A stretch of DNA of 64,000 nucleotides, taken from positions 86,921 through 150,920 of the IMG/VR virus record IMGVR_UViG_3300046167_000873. One strand, written 5' to 3'. Position numbers and translations under genes: made by a program. The DNA is from a virus. This document shows positions 56,179 to 64,000 of this stretch, piece by piece; position 1 is the first letter of the stretch, and each line of letters begins with the position of its first letter. Under the pieces are notes generated by a model. The model was given only the letters and a program-made list of their open reading frames with translations. It did not search any database and was not told the DNA's origin.

Positions 56179-56828
56179 TTCATAATCCTTTCATCATTAA
56201 ATTCTTCCTTCATCCAACCCTTATACTTACGGTGATAATGAATGAGTGTTTGATCAAATCTTGGTTCTTGATCCCAGCGGCCTAAATGCCAATTAAACTT
56301 TTCAGGCAATCCGTTAAACCTCTGCTGCTCAATCACAAATAGATTAATCATCAATTGATCCCATCCACCCATATGACCACCTGGTGGATTTTGAATATTC
56401 TTTTTAAAGTATTCACCGACCAAAGAATATATTTTTCGAGGAAATACAACAACACCAGAATTGCCATGTCCACCATGTGCATCTAACCATTGGTTTCTCG
56501 ATTTCAATTTCATTTGAACATAGTTAATTCTATCATCTTGTATATGATCAAATATATTATCAAAGTTATTAGTGGCGAGTATGTCGCTATCCATAAAACA
56601 AATTGCGTCGTAGTCTTCACACCAACCTTCAATAAACGGCAGAAAGATACCATAGAAAGGCGCATGCCCAAAATCATGGTCTAAAAACTTATAATCAGAT
56701 CTACACTTTTCAGCATACTTTGATACTGACTTACGACTTAACACGTGATATTCATACCCTAAATCTAAACACGGTCCATCTGTCGCACGTGCTCTATCTC
56801 TGTAATATTGGTATATTAATGTCTTCAT
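56175..56828 (-). CDS. Glycosyltransferase (GT-A, GT8/GT34-like)
   Basis: ICFMDSD DxD motif, NSGVV, DQLMIN, KFN, LIHY. Confidence 0.8.
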   Translation of the reverse strand: MKTLIYQYYRDRARATDGPCLDLGYEYHVLSRKSVSKYAEKCRSDYKFLDHDFGHAPFYGIFLPFIEGWCEDYDAICFMDSDILATNNFDNIFDHIQDDRINYVQMKLKSRNQWLDAHGGHGNSGVVVFPRKIYSLVGEYFKKNIQNPPGGHMGGWDQLMINLFVIEQQRFNGLPEKFNWHLGRWDQEPRFDQTLIHYHRKYKGWMKEEFNDERIMK

Positions 56829-57679
56829 ATTCTTTTTCTTCTTCTATAGCCTGCAGTTTTATTTGTTGGTTTATTCTTATACACATCTGTATTATTAGTA
56901 GTTGCCGGCTTCTCTGGTTCTGGCTTTGGCTTTTGTTTTCGTACCATTTTAGGTCTGTGTCTTGGGTGTGTTGTATCATGCGCCCCAATATAGTGTTCTG
57001 CAAATGATCCAATAAAGGGATAGTTCTTTGTGGCGCTTTTTGCCCAGATCGTACTTTTTCTTAACCAGCCAACTGCTGGTGTTGGCGACATAATTTTAAT
57101 CGGCACTTTTGTTTTGCGTGATTTTAAGAAGTGTGTATTATCTATAGCACCTGGAATACCAATATCTTCAAGCTCTTTTAAAAGAAGTCGTGCAGTTTCT
57201 GGTGTAATAGCATAAGCATGAGCACCTTCGTGGCCGGCACCAATAACATCTACAATTTCAGTCGGAGGGCCTGCTGTCACATGATCATAATCTTCTAATT
57301 TTTGTATCTTATATCCAAGTGCAATAATGCAGTTATCAATAAGATCGATATCTATCTTATGAAACATTACTGCATCATGTTCAAGAATAATCGCAGGCTT
57401 ACCGTGATCCCGTACTTTGCACCACGCCATTGCGTGACCTGATGTTGCGCATTGTGCTGTATTTCTTTTTGGTTTAAATGAATTAACGTTGAGTATCTTG
57501 GTTGGTACTTTTGCCCAAGCGTCCATTGCAACATTAGGTCCGCCGTGATTTCCATCAAACCACTCGATGTATTCCCATTCTAAACCAATTTTATCACACG
57601 AGTCAGAACAAACCTTTGCGTATTCTTCACTGATTAAATTGCCCTTCATCATAATAATAAAAGCTTTTGTTGGTTTCAT
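56825..57679 (-). CDS. Glycosyltransferase family 25-like protein with a basic C-terminal tail
   Basis: CATSGHAMAW, IILEHDA, GAHAYAITPETARLL. Confidence 0.8.
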   Translation of the reverse strand: MKPTKAFIIMMKGNLISEEYAKVCSDSCDKIGLEWEYIEWFDGNHGGPNVAMDAWAKVPTKILNVNSFKPKRNTAQCATSGHAMAWCKVRDHGKPAIILEHDAVMFHKIDIDLIDNCIIALGYKIQKLEDYDHVTAGPPTEIVDVIGAGHEGAHAYAITPETARLLLKELEDIGIPGAIDNTHFLKSRKTKVPIKIMSPTPAVGWLRKSTIWAKSATKNYPFIGSFAEHYIGAHDTTHPRHRPKMVRKQKPKPEPEKPATTNNTDVYKNKPTNKTAGYRRRKRI

Positions 57680-58341
57680 AAAAGAATATCTAGTGCTTCA
57701 AAATCATTAGCGTAGTATCTTAAAACAGCATCCTTTGTTTTTTGGTCATAATACTCTTCAACTAATTCGTTCATTGGTTTTTGTGGACGCTTACCTGACT
57801 TATGTTGTTTAATTGAGTGCTTGATACTATGGCTTTTACTAAAAAGTTCAAGCTCTTGATTTAAATTTTCATATCGCCATATTTCTATGTTTGGTTGGAT
57901 TTGATCAGCCACTTTAATATAATCAATTTGACAAAATGCATTATTAGTATCTGATTCGTGAACGCCGTTAGAAAACACTTCTCTAAAATGGTTTGCGCTA
58001 GGTTGTTTTCTCTGTTGCTTACACAAAAAGAAATATAGACTTAACTGTCGATCAAACGGATTACGGAGAACCATAATTTTAGTCATTGATTTTGCTTTAT
58101 CACGGGTGATAATCTCGTTACTCACTAATTCATCGAGAGTTAAATGTATAAACCTACTCTGATGTCTATACTTGGATAAGACTGCTGGTGGGATATTATT
58201 GTTGTTTATCCCACAATCATTGACCGCAGTATACTGATCATTAGAGTCACAACAATTCCTTACAAAAAATTCTGCAAGACTAGAGCTTGCATTTTTTGGG
58301 ACTCGTAAGAATATAAAATTGTTTGAATGAGATACTACCAC
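57676..58341 (-). CDS. Sulfotransferase family 2 protein
   Basis: FIFLRVPKNASSS (5'-PSB), RNPFDRQLSLY (3'-PB), YYANDF. Confidence 0.88.
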   Translation of the reverse strand: MVVSHSNNFIFLRVPKNASSSLAEFFVRNCCDSNDQYTAVNDCGINNNNIPPAVLSKYRHQSRFIHLTLDELVSNEIITRDKAKSMTKIMVLRNPFDRQLSLYFFLCKQQRKQPSANHFREVFSNGVHESDTNNAFCQIDYIKVADQIQPNIEIWRYENLNQELELFSKSHSIKHSIKQHKSGKRPQKPMNELVEEYYDQKTKDAVLRYYANDFEALDILL

Positions 58342-59189
58342 TATTCTGACGCCTCAATAGCATTATAGATTTTAAAATCATTCGAATAATATTCTTTGAT
58401 TTTATCAATTATATTTTGATCTAATGATTCGAAATGCTTATGGATTGTTTTATTGGATTGAAAATCTGGCAGTGATCTACCACACATTTCTTCTAGCATG
58501 GGCTTTATTTTGGTATCTATATCACATGTTCTATAGACAGTCATCGGCTTACTAAAGTCAATTGTCTCGCTCTGAAGCGTTAAAATAAACCCGCTATACA
58601 AGTGACTTAAAACAGAAACAATCCCTTCAACTGGCGCTTCTGGATCATACTCATAAGGTTTAATGTGTTGGTATTCAATAAAATCTAATGGCTTAAATTC
58701 AGTTAATCTTTCAGGTGAAAAGAGATCACGCAATTTTTTACTTGTATTATTAAAATGGTTTTTTTCTCTGTCTGACTTTGCCAAATATGTTACGTTAGTA
58801 TGTTCCCAATCGATTATCCGCATATGTAGATTATTAAGAGCAGACACAAATCGAATCATTGGATCTTGTACAATAGCAATACATACTACTGGCGCCAGGT
58901 CTGAAACTTCTTCCTCAAAGTTTGATCTATATTTTTCTTCTGAGGCCCTCAGATATTTGATTTTTGTTTCTGCTGAAATCTCACTGTTTAATTTCCGTTT
59001 TTCATACTGATTTGGATCAATTATCCAATTATCTAAATAATCACACGAATCTTCACCTGACGCAGCAGCAACAAGCAAATTCTTGATTGTTTTTGAACCA
59101 CACCTTGGATTAGAATGTACTCTTACATACGTATCGCCGGCTTTAATTATTAAATGCCCTGTATCACCAGGCTGTACTGAGGATTGCAT
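58341..59189 (-). CDS. Sulfotransferase family 2-like protein
   Basis: NPRCGSKTIK, QDPMIRFVSA, IKEYYSNDF. Confidence 0.75.
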   Translation of the reverse strand: MQSSVQPGDTGHLIIKAGDTYVRVHSNPRCGSKTIKNLLVAAASGEDSCDYLDNWIIDPNQYEKRKLNSEISAETKIKYLRASEEKYRSNFEEEVSDLAPVVCIAIVQDPMIRFVSALNNLHMRIIDWEHTNVTYLAKSDREKNHFNNTSKKLRDLFSPERLTEFKPLDFIEYQHIKPYEYDPEAPVEGIVSVLSHLYSGFILTLQSETIDFSKPMTVYRTCDIDTKIKPMLEEMCGRSLPDFQSNKTIHKHFESLDQNIIDKIKEYYSNDFKIYNAIEASE

Positions 59190-59230
59190 ACCAATTCACC
59201 CTTGTCAATATTTCTTATATTTATTAAACA

Positions 59231-59860
59231 CTATTTAATAGTTTTACCTGGCGTTCCCATCATTACTTTAAACATTGTCTTACCACTAAAATCACGAAGG
59301 TATCCATAGTCGATGAGAAACGGAAATTTCTTAAGAGTTAATTTTGCATCGTCTGGTAATTCACCTCTATAGCCTTTAACAGGTATAATAGTATCTTTGC
59401 CCTTTGACATTTTAAGGACATCGTCAGGAGATATAAGAAATTGTTTTATGACTTCAGGGGGTGTTATTTTAAGCGCGAGCCCTAAAGCAGCTTTAGATTT
59501 TTCACCATACGCTCGCTTTAAGTCGTTTTTGCATATCTCTATTATACGGCGTTTTCCATCAGCGGATCCATCTGTTCCTGATGCAACGATCTTCCGTCCA
59601 CCCTTGTCTTTGTAAAAAGCAACAGCCACGACTTTACCGTTGACTGTTGCTACTTTCCAAAAAGGGATTTTCATCATGGCTTCTTTGGATTGGAAGCCAT
59701 TACTTTTGATGCCACCTATTGATGCATAGGATTTTTGAACCATATCCCAAACAGTGTCGATATAATCTTCTTTCTTAGGATTATCTGCAATTAAATTGAC
59801 GAATCCTTCGTTTAAGCTTTTAAACTCCTTAAATGACGTCGTCTGTATCTTCGTGTCCAT
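59231..59860 (-). CDS. Hypothetical protein with CTS-like N-terminal motif
   Basis: TSFKEFKSLNE near the N-terminus; TATAAAT just upstream. Confidence 0.65.
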   Translation of the reverse strand: MDTKIQTTSFKEFKSLNEGFVNLIADNPKKEDYIDTVWDMVQKSYASIGGIKSNGFQSKEAMMKIPFWKVATVNGKVVAVAFYKDKGGRKIVASGTDGSADGKRRIIEICKNDLKRAYGEKSKAALGLALKITPPEVIKQFLISPDDVLKMSKGKDTIIPVKGYRGELPDDAKLTLKKFPFLIDYGYLRDFSGKTMFKVMMGTPGKTIK

Positions 59861-60458
59861 ATATAAGCTCTGCATTTATATAAAATGATTTTATCAGTTC
59901 TATACTTTCATCCCAATGCTGAAACCGGTGATTACCACCAGGAAAAGAATGAACTTTAAAACTGCTATCATACTTATTTATAGTTGCATGAGAGTCAATA
60001 ACTTCATCATCCATATCAAGTAAAATAAGTCCACAGCCTTCATGACCCATCGGGTCATATGAATTTACAGTAGCTTCAGTAAGATGATACTTTTTACCGT
60101 CATACGTTTCACCATCACCAATTCTACGCTGTAGAGTCTTTTCAGGATCAACGGCTGGATTAATTGCAACAAACGGTATGCCGTATTTGTGGCCAAGACG
60201 TTGAGCTAACCAACCTCCCATAGAAGTGCCTATAAAAAGATCTATTTCAAGCAATTCTGATTGATGGTAAATACTATGATAAAACTCTAGCTGATCATCA
60301 ACTGATAAAGTATAATCTGGTGTAAAGTTCCAAACCGTTCCATGATGCAAGAATGAACTTACAAGCTTATTTAAATAGTACTTCTTAGTGCCTGGTTCTG
60401 GCAGTGGTCCATTGTCTAATGGTTGACCGCCAAACCCATTAATATACATCACATTCAT
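59829..60458 (-). CDS. Alpha/beta hydrolase, YqiA/UPF0227 esterase family
   Basis: YINGFG, IGTSMGG nucleophile elbow, INPAV, DEVID, GGNHRF. Confidence 0.88.
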   Translation of the reverse strand: MNVMYINGFGGQPLDNGPLPEPGTKKYYLNKLVSSFLHHGTVWNFTPDYTLSVDDQLEFYHSIYHQSELLEIDLFIGTSMGGWLAQRLGHKYGIPFVAINPAVDPEKTLQRRIGDGETYDGKKYHLTEATVNSYDPMGHEGCGLILLDMDDEVIDSHATINKYDSSFKVHSFPGGNHRFQHWDESIELIKSFYINAELIYGHEDTDDVI

Positions 60459-60459
60459 A

Positions 60460-60642
60460 TTAAACCATCTCCCGCTGTTCGTCGATTTGATCACCAATTC
60501 GATCTTCTATTTGATCAAGTTTGATACTTTTTTCTTTACCTTCAGGCGTACCAGAAGACCATGACTCCCTACTATTAAGAGTAAGCGAAGATATAATCAT
60601 ATAAATGTCTTCACCAGAAAGTTCTAGATTAAATTTTTTCAT
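60460..60642 (-). CDS. Hypothetical protein
   Basis: 60 aa ORF in a packed run. Confidence 0.6.
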   Translation of the reverse strand: MKKFNLELSGEDIYMIISSLTLNSRESWSSGTPEGKEKSIKLDQIEDRIGDQIDEQREMV

Positions 60643-60644
60643 TA

Positions 60645-60902
60645 TTACATGCCCCGTACAGTACGAATTGAAGATCGAGTAAACCTTGCACCTACTGAGC
60701 GTCGCTGTCGCAAATTAGCTTTGATCAACATGTGACGCACACCACGGTTGGTTTTTACTGGCTTTATATTACGACTGAAATTGAGGTTGAGGATAGGGCA
60801 GTTACCAGCCATGTGACACTCAGTGTCAAGGACACGCCAGTCCCACTGAGCAGGGTTACGTGCATCGCGTCGATCTTGAAGTTGCTGTAAAGTGATTGAC
60901 AT
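60645..60902 (-). CDS. Hypothetical basic early protein
   Basis: Start MSITLQ after cassette copy 6. Confidence 0.7.
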   Translation of the reverse strand: MSITLQQLQDRRDARNPAQWDWRVLDTECHMAGNCPILNLNFSRNIKPVKTNRGVRHMLIKANLRQRRSVGARFTRSSIRTVRGM

Positions 60903-60980
60903 AATATTTTCTCTCTTCAATTAAAGGTTAACTTCATTTGATGGAACCATTATACGATAGTTTTTTTGAAAAGTAAATAC
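60903..60980 (-). promoter_or_regulatory. Early promoter-leader cassette, copy 6
   Basis: TTTACT-17-TATAAT plus the conserved leader. Confidence 0.85.
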
Positions 60981-60989
60981 TTATTTGTC

Positions 60990-61072
60990 AAAAAAAATGA
61001 TGATCCCGATGCATGATGCCCCCTCACCCGTCGGTGGGCAGGTCAACAGTTTTATCGGGCATGGGATCATCA
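60990..61072 (-). terminator. GC-rich multi-stem structure with T tract (terminator-like or ncRNA)
   Basis: TGATGATCCC/GGGATCATCA 10-bp stem, inner ATGCCC/GGGCAT and CACC/GGTG stems, T8 tail. Confidence 0.6.
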
Positions 61073-61076
61073 AAAA

Positions 61077-61160
61077 CTAGTATCCAGAAAGAGTTAAACC
61101 GAAATCCATGAGTAAACCAAAGGCAATTCCGATCAAGGCAATAATGATATAATCTTTCAT
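61077..61160 (-). CDS. Putative 27-aa membrane microprotein
   Basis: Manual translation MKDYIIIALIGIAFGLLMDFGLTLSGY*; GGAG RBS and ATGA coupling. Confidence 0.55.
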   Translation of the reverse strand: MKDYIIIALIGIAFGLLMDFGLTLSGY

Positions 61161-61519
61161 GAATTTGCTCCATTAAAATCAGCGATAACATCGTTCATTT
61201 TCTCAAAAAGCCTGTTAACTTCTGTGATTGATAACTCTTCCAAGCTATCCCACAAGTGCCCTACAAACTCTTGTGCCATAGTTTCAATGACATCATGACA
61301 TATCATGTCCATACCATGGATATCATGATCTAAAGCTTCATTGAATGACATAATTTCACTGACAGATCTAGGATCACTCCAGGCTGTGTGGCACCTTCGT
61401 TGAGAATCATCAATCATCTCGTTTCTCTCTGAGGTCCCATCAGTCCACTCGATCGCTGTCATCGGCTCTTTGCTTTTATCAGTCCAGCAGAAAACTTTAA
61501 GATTTTTTATATCGGTCAT
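61157..61519 (-). CDS. Hypothetical early protein
   Basis: 120 aa, directly after cassette copy 7. Confidence 0.75.
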   Translation of the reverse strand: MTDIKNLKVFCWTDKSKEPMTAIEWTDGTSERNEMIDDSQRRCHTAWSDPRSVSEIMSFNEALDHDIHGMDMICHDVIETMAQEFVGHLWDSLEELSITEVNRLFEKMNDVIADFNGANS

Positions 61520-61595
61520 AATATTTCCTCACTTCAATCAAGGGTTAACTTCATTTGATGGAAACATTATAGAACGGTTTTTCTTAAAAGTAAAC
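61520..61595 (-). promoter_or_regulatory. Early promoter-leader cassette, copy 7
   Basis: GTTTACT-17-TATAAT; CATCAAATGAAGTTAACC..TTGAAGTGAGGAAATATTATG. Confidence 0.85.
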
Positions 61596-61597
61596 AA

Positions 61598-62245
61598 TTA
61601 TTTTCGCAATATTGCTTGTTCTCCACGGACGACGAGTGATGTTCTTATCTCATAATTGCAATTGACTGGAGCATCTGCTGAGTGAAGCGTTCTGCCGTCA
61701 AAGAAGACAAGGCGGTTTGGAATATAGTCAATTGACTCAACAAGTTCTTTTTCACGATTGTAAAAATGAAGCTGACCTCCCCAATCCTTATTCCATGTTG
61801 GTTGGTCGTAATATAAAAAAGATATATTTTGATCTGATTGACTATCAAGGTGTATCGTTCCTTGAAGACCAACAGTTTGCCCATTAGTACCAATATAATC
61901 TAAGCTTCCCCAATCAAAACCAAAACTATCTTGAATAAGATTGTGCATAAATCTTGTGAAGACATGTCTTCCTGAGGTATACTCTTCTTCACGTATTATA
62001 TTACTGAGAGGATCAAACGTATCAGGGCAATTCCGATGTTTTATATACAAAGCGGTACCCCAAAATCGGTGTGCATATTCACCATTGGGTTTTTGTACTT
62101 GATTCGAGAGCTGCCAAGAAAAAGAACTTATCATCTTATTCACCCAAGCGTGCGTTAAAGGGTGAAGCCAATTGTCTATAATGTTAATATTTTTCAAAGG
62201 AAGCTCATCGATGTGAAAAGCTTTTTCGTGCTTAACTACTTTCAT
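61598..62245 (-). CDS. 2OG-Fe(II) oxygenase
   Basis: NGQT..GTIHLD, WNKDWGGQL, PNRLVFFDG..HSADAP, RTSL. Confidence 0.9.
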   Translation of the reverse strand: MKVVKHEKAFHIDELPLKNINIIDNWLHPLTHAWVNKMISSFSWQLSNQVQKPNGEYAHRFWGTALYIKHRNCPDTFDPLSNIIREEEYTSGRHVFTRFMHNLIQDSFGFDWGSLDYIGTNGQTVGLQGTIHLDSQSDQNISFLYYDQPTWNKDWGGQLHFYNREKELVESIDYIPNRLVFFDGRTLHSADAPVNCNYEIRTSLVVRGEQAILRK

Positions 62246-62555
62246 CTGATTGGCTATCTTGGTGTTCAGAAGTAATAAGCATCTGAAGATAATCTTCGAT
62301 AGACAGATAATCCGCTGGTTCTGTTTTATCTAATAAAGCAGCAACCTCATATAGCATATTCCAGGCATCATCAAAGAACTGCAGCGCTCTTCTTGCATCT
62401 TCTTTTCGGTAGTGAGTAGATCCTTCACGACCAATAATTGATGCTTCTAACAGTCCGGATTCAGAAAAGAATCCATGGTTTTCATTGCTTCTATTGATTT
62501 GCTGAAAAGTATATTCGTGCAGTTGATCCATGATTTGTTGAAGTTCATCAGCCAT
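62232..62555 (-). CDS. Hypothetical protein
   Basis: 107 aa ORF, AAGGTG RBS. Confidence 0.7.
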   Translation of the reverse strand: MADELQQIMDQLHEYTFQQINRSNENHGFFSESGLLEASIIGREGSTHYRKEDARRALQFFDDAWNMLYEVAALLDKTEPADYLSIEDYLQMLITSEHQDSQSDESS

Positions 62556-62571
62556 AATATTTCACCTTGTA

Positions 62572-63309
62572 TTATTTTCCTAAGTAAACCCTCGGCTTAA
62601 TTGTGCCTGAGGTAATTCGTTCAAATTCAATATCTCTTTTTTCTATTCTAGCAATTCTTGCAACATCACCCATTTGATAACCGCCACCGTTTTGGTTGGC
62701 CATAAAAATAATGTTGTGGCTCTTAAAATATTTGTCGTATGCTAGATCTTGGAAATCTTTAAATGCTTGCTCTAATTCATTTGGAAATTTCTTCTTAATA
62801 ATACCTAGCTCGGTCTTATTTACCTCTGCTGGATTAGCGGTTAATCCTGCTGCTTTCTTTAAATCTTGAACTGATCGTATGATATCACTCATGACAATCT
62901 TACCGCCTAATTTAAAGTTAGATGCATATCCGTCAGGACTTACATTGACCGCTTTAACTTCAAACTTCTTACTTCCTACCTCTAAGTCACCATCTGTTTT
63001 GCCACCTGATAGTGATGCAAGTTGAATCAAATAAAACAGTGTGACTTCACCTGGACCTATATTTTTAAGCGGATACATATGGAGCGCTTTAAAGGCAGCT
63101 GCATCTTGATTTCTCAGTTTAGAAATAGCCTGATTAAGTGCTATTTTAGTGAGATTAGTAGTCTTAATAAATTTTGGTTCTACCTTATTAAAATATTTGG
63201 TCGTAAATAAATGTTGGATTTCTTCTTTATATCTTAAGGTTTCGAAGTCAGTAGTCTTAAGATTAAAGTTTGTTGACTGCAAAGCATTCTTAATAAATTT
63301 CCTGTCCAC
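62572..63309 (-). CDS. Putative PD-(D/E)XK nuclease-fold protein
   Basis: IGPGEV..GDLEV..FEVKA (E..D..ExK); TATAAATA upstream. Confidence 0.55.
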   Translation of the reverse strand: MDRKFIKNALQSTNFNLKTTDFETLRYKEEIQHLFTTKYFNKVEPKFIKTTNLTKIALNQAISKLRNQDAAAFKALHMYPLKNIGPGEVTLFYLIQLASLSGGKTDGDLEVGSKKFEVKAVNVSPDGYASNFKLGGKIVMSDIIRSVQDLKKAAGLTANPAEVNKTELGIIKKKFPNELEQAFKDFQDLAYDKYFKSHNIIFMANQNGGGYQMGDVARIARIEKRDIEFERITSGTIKPRVYLGK

Positions 63310-63338
63310 GAAAATGGCCTTATCTTTTTTATGTAATG

Positions 63339-63347
63339 TTATTTATA
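63339..63347 (-). promoter_or_regulatory. T4-type late promoter TATAAATA
   Basis: Exact match just downstream of the denV terminator. Confidence 0.65.
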
Positions 63348-63352
63348 TAAAA

Positions 63353-63377
63353 TAAAGGGGACATAAAGCCCCCTTTA
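63353..63377 (-). terminator. Rho-independent terminator after the DenV-like gene
   Basis: TAAAGGGG/CCCCTTTA stem with a T-rich tail. Confidence 0.65.
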
Positions 63378-63392
63378 GAATAATCTTAACAA

Positions 63393-63980
63393 TTACTTAT
63401 AGCAGAACCAACTTGGAACATCACGTTTTGTCCATACCATTTTAAATCGTTCTTGCTTTGTTTCGTAGAACTTACGATAAGAACCAACAACATCACTTGG
63501 ATCTATACACTCAGGATTAGAACCCATAGCAAGAGGCATTGGAGTGAGTTCTAATGATTGATCTATATTGACAGGTGGTGATATTAACCATGGTAGCAAT
63601 GATTCTGACTTGTGTTTCTTATCATAGCGGTGGGTGTACTCGTCACACATTGCCATAAGAAGTCTTACTGCCCAATTATAGTTACCAAGCGTCTGGCGAG
63701 CCCAGATTGTACATGGATGATTTGCATGTGCAACCTTATACAGATTATCTTCTCGAGCGTCAGGAAGCACCCAGTGCTTCTTAGTGCGCCTCCTACCTGA
63801 CTTAAGGAAAACATGTAGGCCTTCTTCATCAACTACAGGAATATCTTTTTGGTTACCGTCAAGCAGCCGATGAACTGCTGAAAGCATTTGTGCTTCCTCA
63901 ACAACCATCTTAGGTACATGCTTATCACAAAGTGATTGCGCTGCAGCGCGTGGATTATGCTCAATAATAAAACGATTCAT
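63393..63980 (-). CDS. Pyrimidine-dimer DNA glycosylase family protein (DenV-like)
   Basis: MNRF..AAQSLCDKHVPKMVVEEAQMLS, HANHPCTIWAR, EYTHRYDKKHKS, SYRKFY, WTKRDVPSWF. Confidence 0.85.
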   Translation of the reverse strand: MNRFIIEHNPRAAAQSLCDKHVPKMVVEEAQMLSAVHRLLDGNQKDIPVVDEEGLHVFLKSGRRRTKKHWVLPDAREDNLYKVAHANHPCTIWARQTLGNYNWAVRLLMAMCDEYTHRYDKKHKSESLLPWLISPPVNIDQSLELTPMPLAMGSNPECIDPSDVVGSYRKFYETKQERFKMVWTKRDVPSWFCYK

Positions 63981-64000
63981 AATAATATTAACCCTACTTT

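Noticed and set aside
29600-60920. Shared N-terminal peptide MKRENIM/MKRQNIM in five ORF-track proteins
   Set aside because: Artefact of calling a TTG start inside the repeated leader. The real starts are the ATG after AAATATT, with the RBS inside the supposed peptide.
60998-61072. tRNA interpretation of the 75-nt GC-rich structure
   Set aside because: No TTC T-loop, D-loop or cloverleaf geometry on either strand.
3762-63800. Numerous antisense or nested ORFs (e.g. 11298-11681, 17243-17596, 21831-22199, 30504-30890, 43470-43880, 58663-59010)
   Set aside because: Shadow ORFs of well-supported genes with no motifs or RBS context.
1-64000. Stop-codon reassignment
   Set aside because: Core genes are full length in the standard code and TAA, TAG and TGA all end genes; the breaks seen are frame shifts, not in-frame stops.

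Overview
AT-rich 64 kb segment of a large T4-like myovirus, probably aquatic or marine (PhoH, two 2OG-Fe(II) oxygenases, sulfotransferases). Family calls come from recognised motifs and T4 synteny, not database searches. Left to right: (1) baseplate/tail module, 1-22.7 kb (DUF4815/VrlC-like protein, gp8, gp7, gp6, gp25, S74 tail fibre, gp5, gp27-like hub, gp53, gp48, then divergent gp4, gp2, gp54, gp26, gp51 and a tape-measure-like protein); (2) gp32, gp59, gp33, DUF932 and a variable block of small early genes, many behind a repeated promoter-leader cassette, 22.7-33.8 kb; (3) exonuclease, PhoH, RNase H, glycosyltransferase, glutaredoxins, GIY-YIG nuclease, dCMP deaminase, nrdB, nrdA and primase, 33.8-45.9 kb; (4) holin-like genes and a late cluster of very basic mosaic proteins, 46-54 kb; (5) a glycan-tailoring operon, 54.2-59.2 kb; (6) more accessory genes and a DenV-like glycosylase. 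The best candidate for an undescribed system is at 48.2-54.1 kb: putative capsid-internal polyproteins in which variable basic modules are separated by a repeated acidic linker (EEVEQVDE). The linker matches the T4 prohead-protease site and is conserved as a 23-nt DNA repeat, and the operon starts with a long structured 5' leader. Also notable are an annexin repeat in the tape-measure-like protein and seven PeSL-like early cassettes. Three or four single-base frameshifts look like sequence errors. No tRNA, rRNA or CRISPR array was seen.
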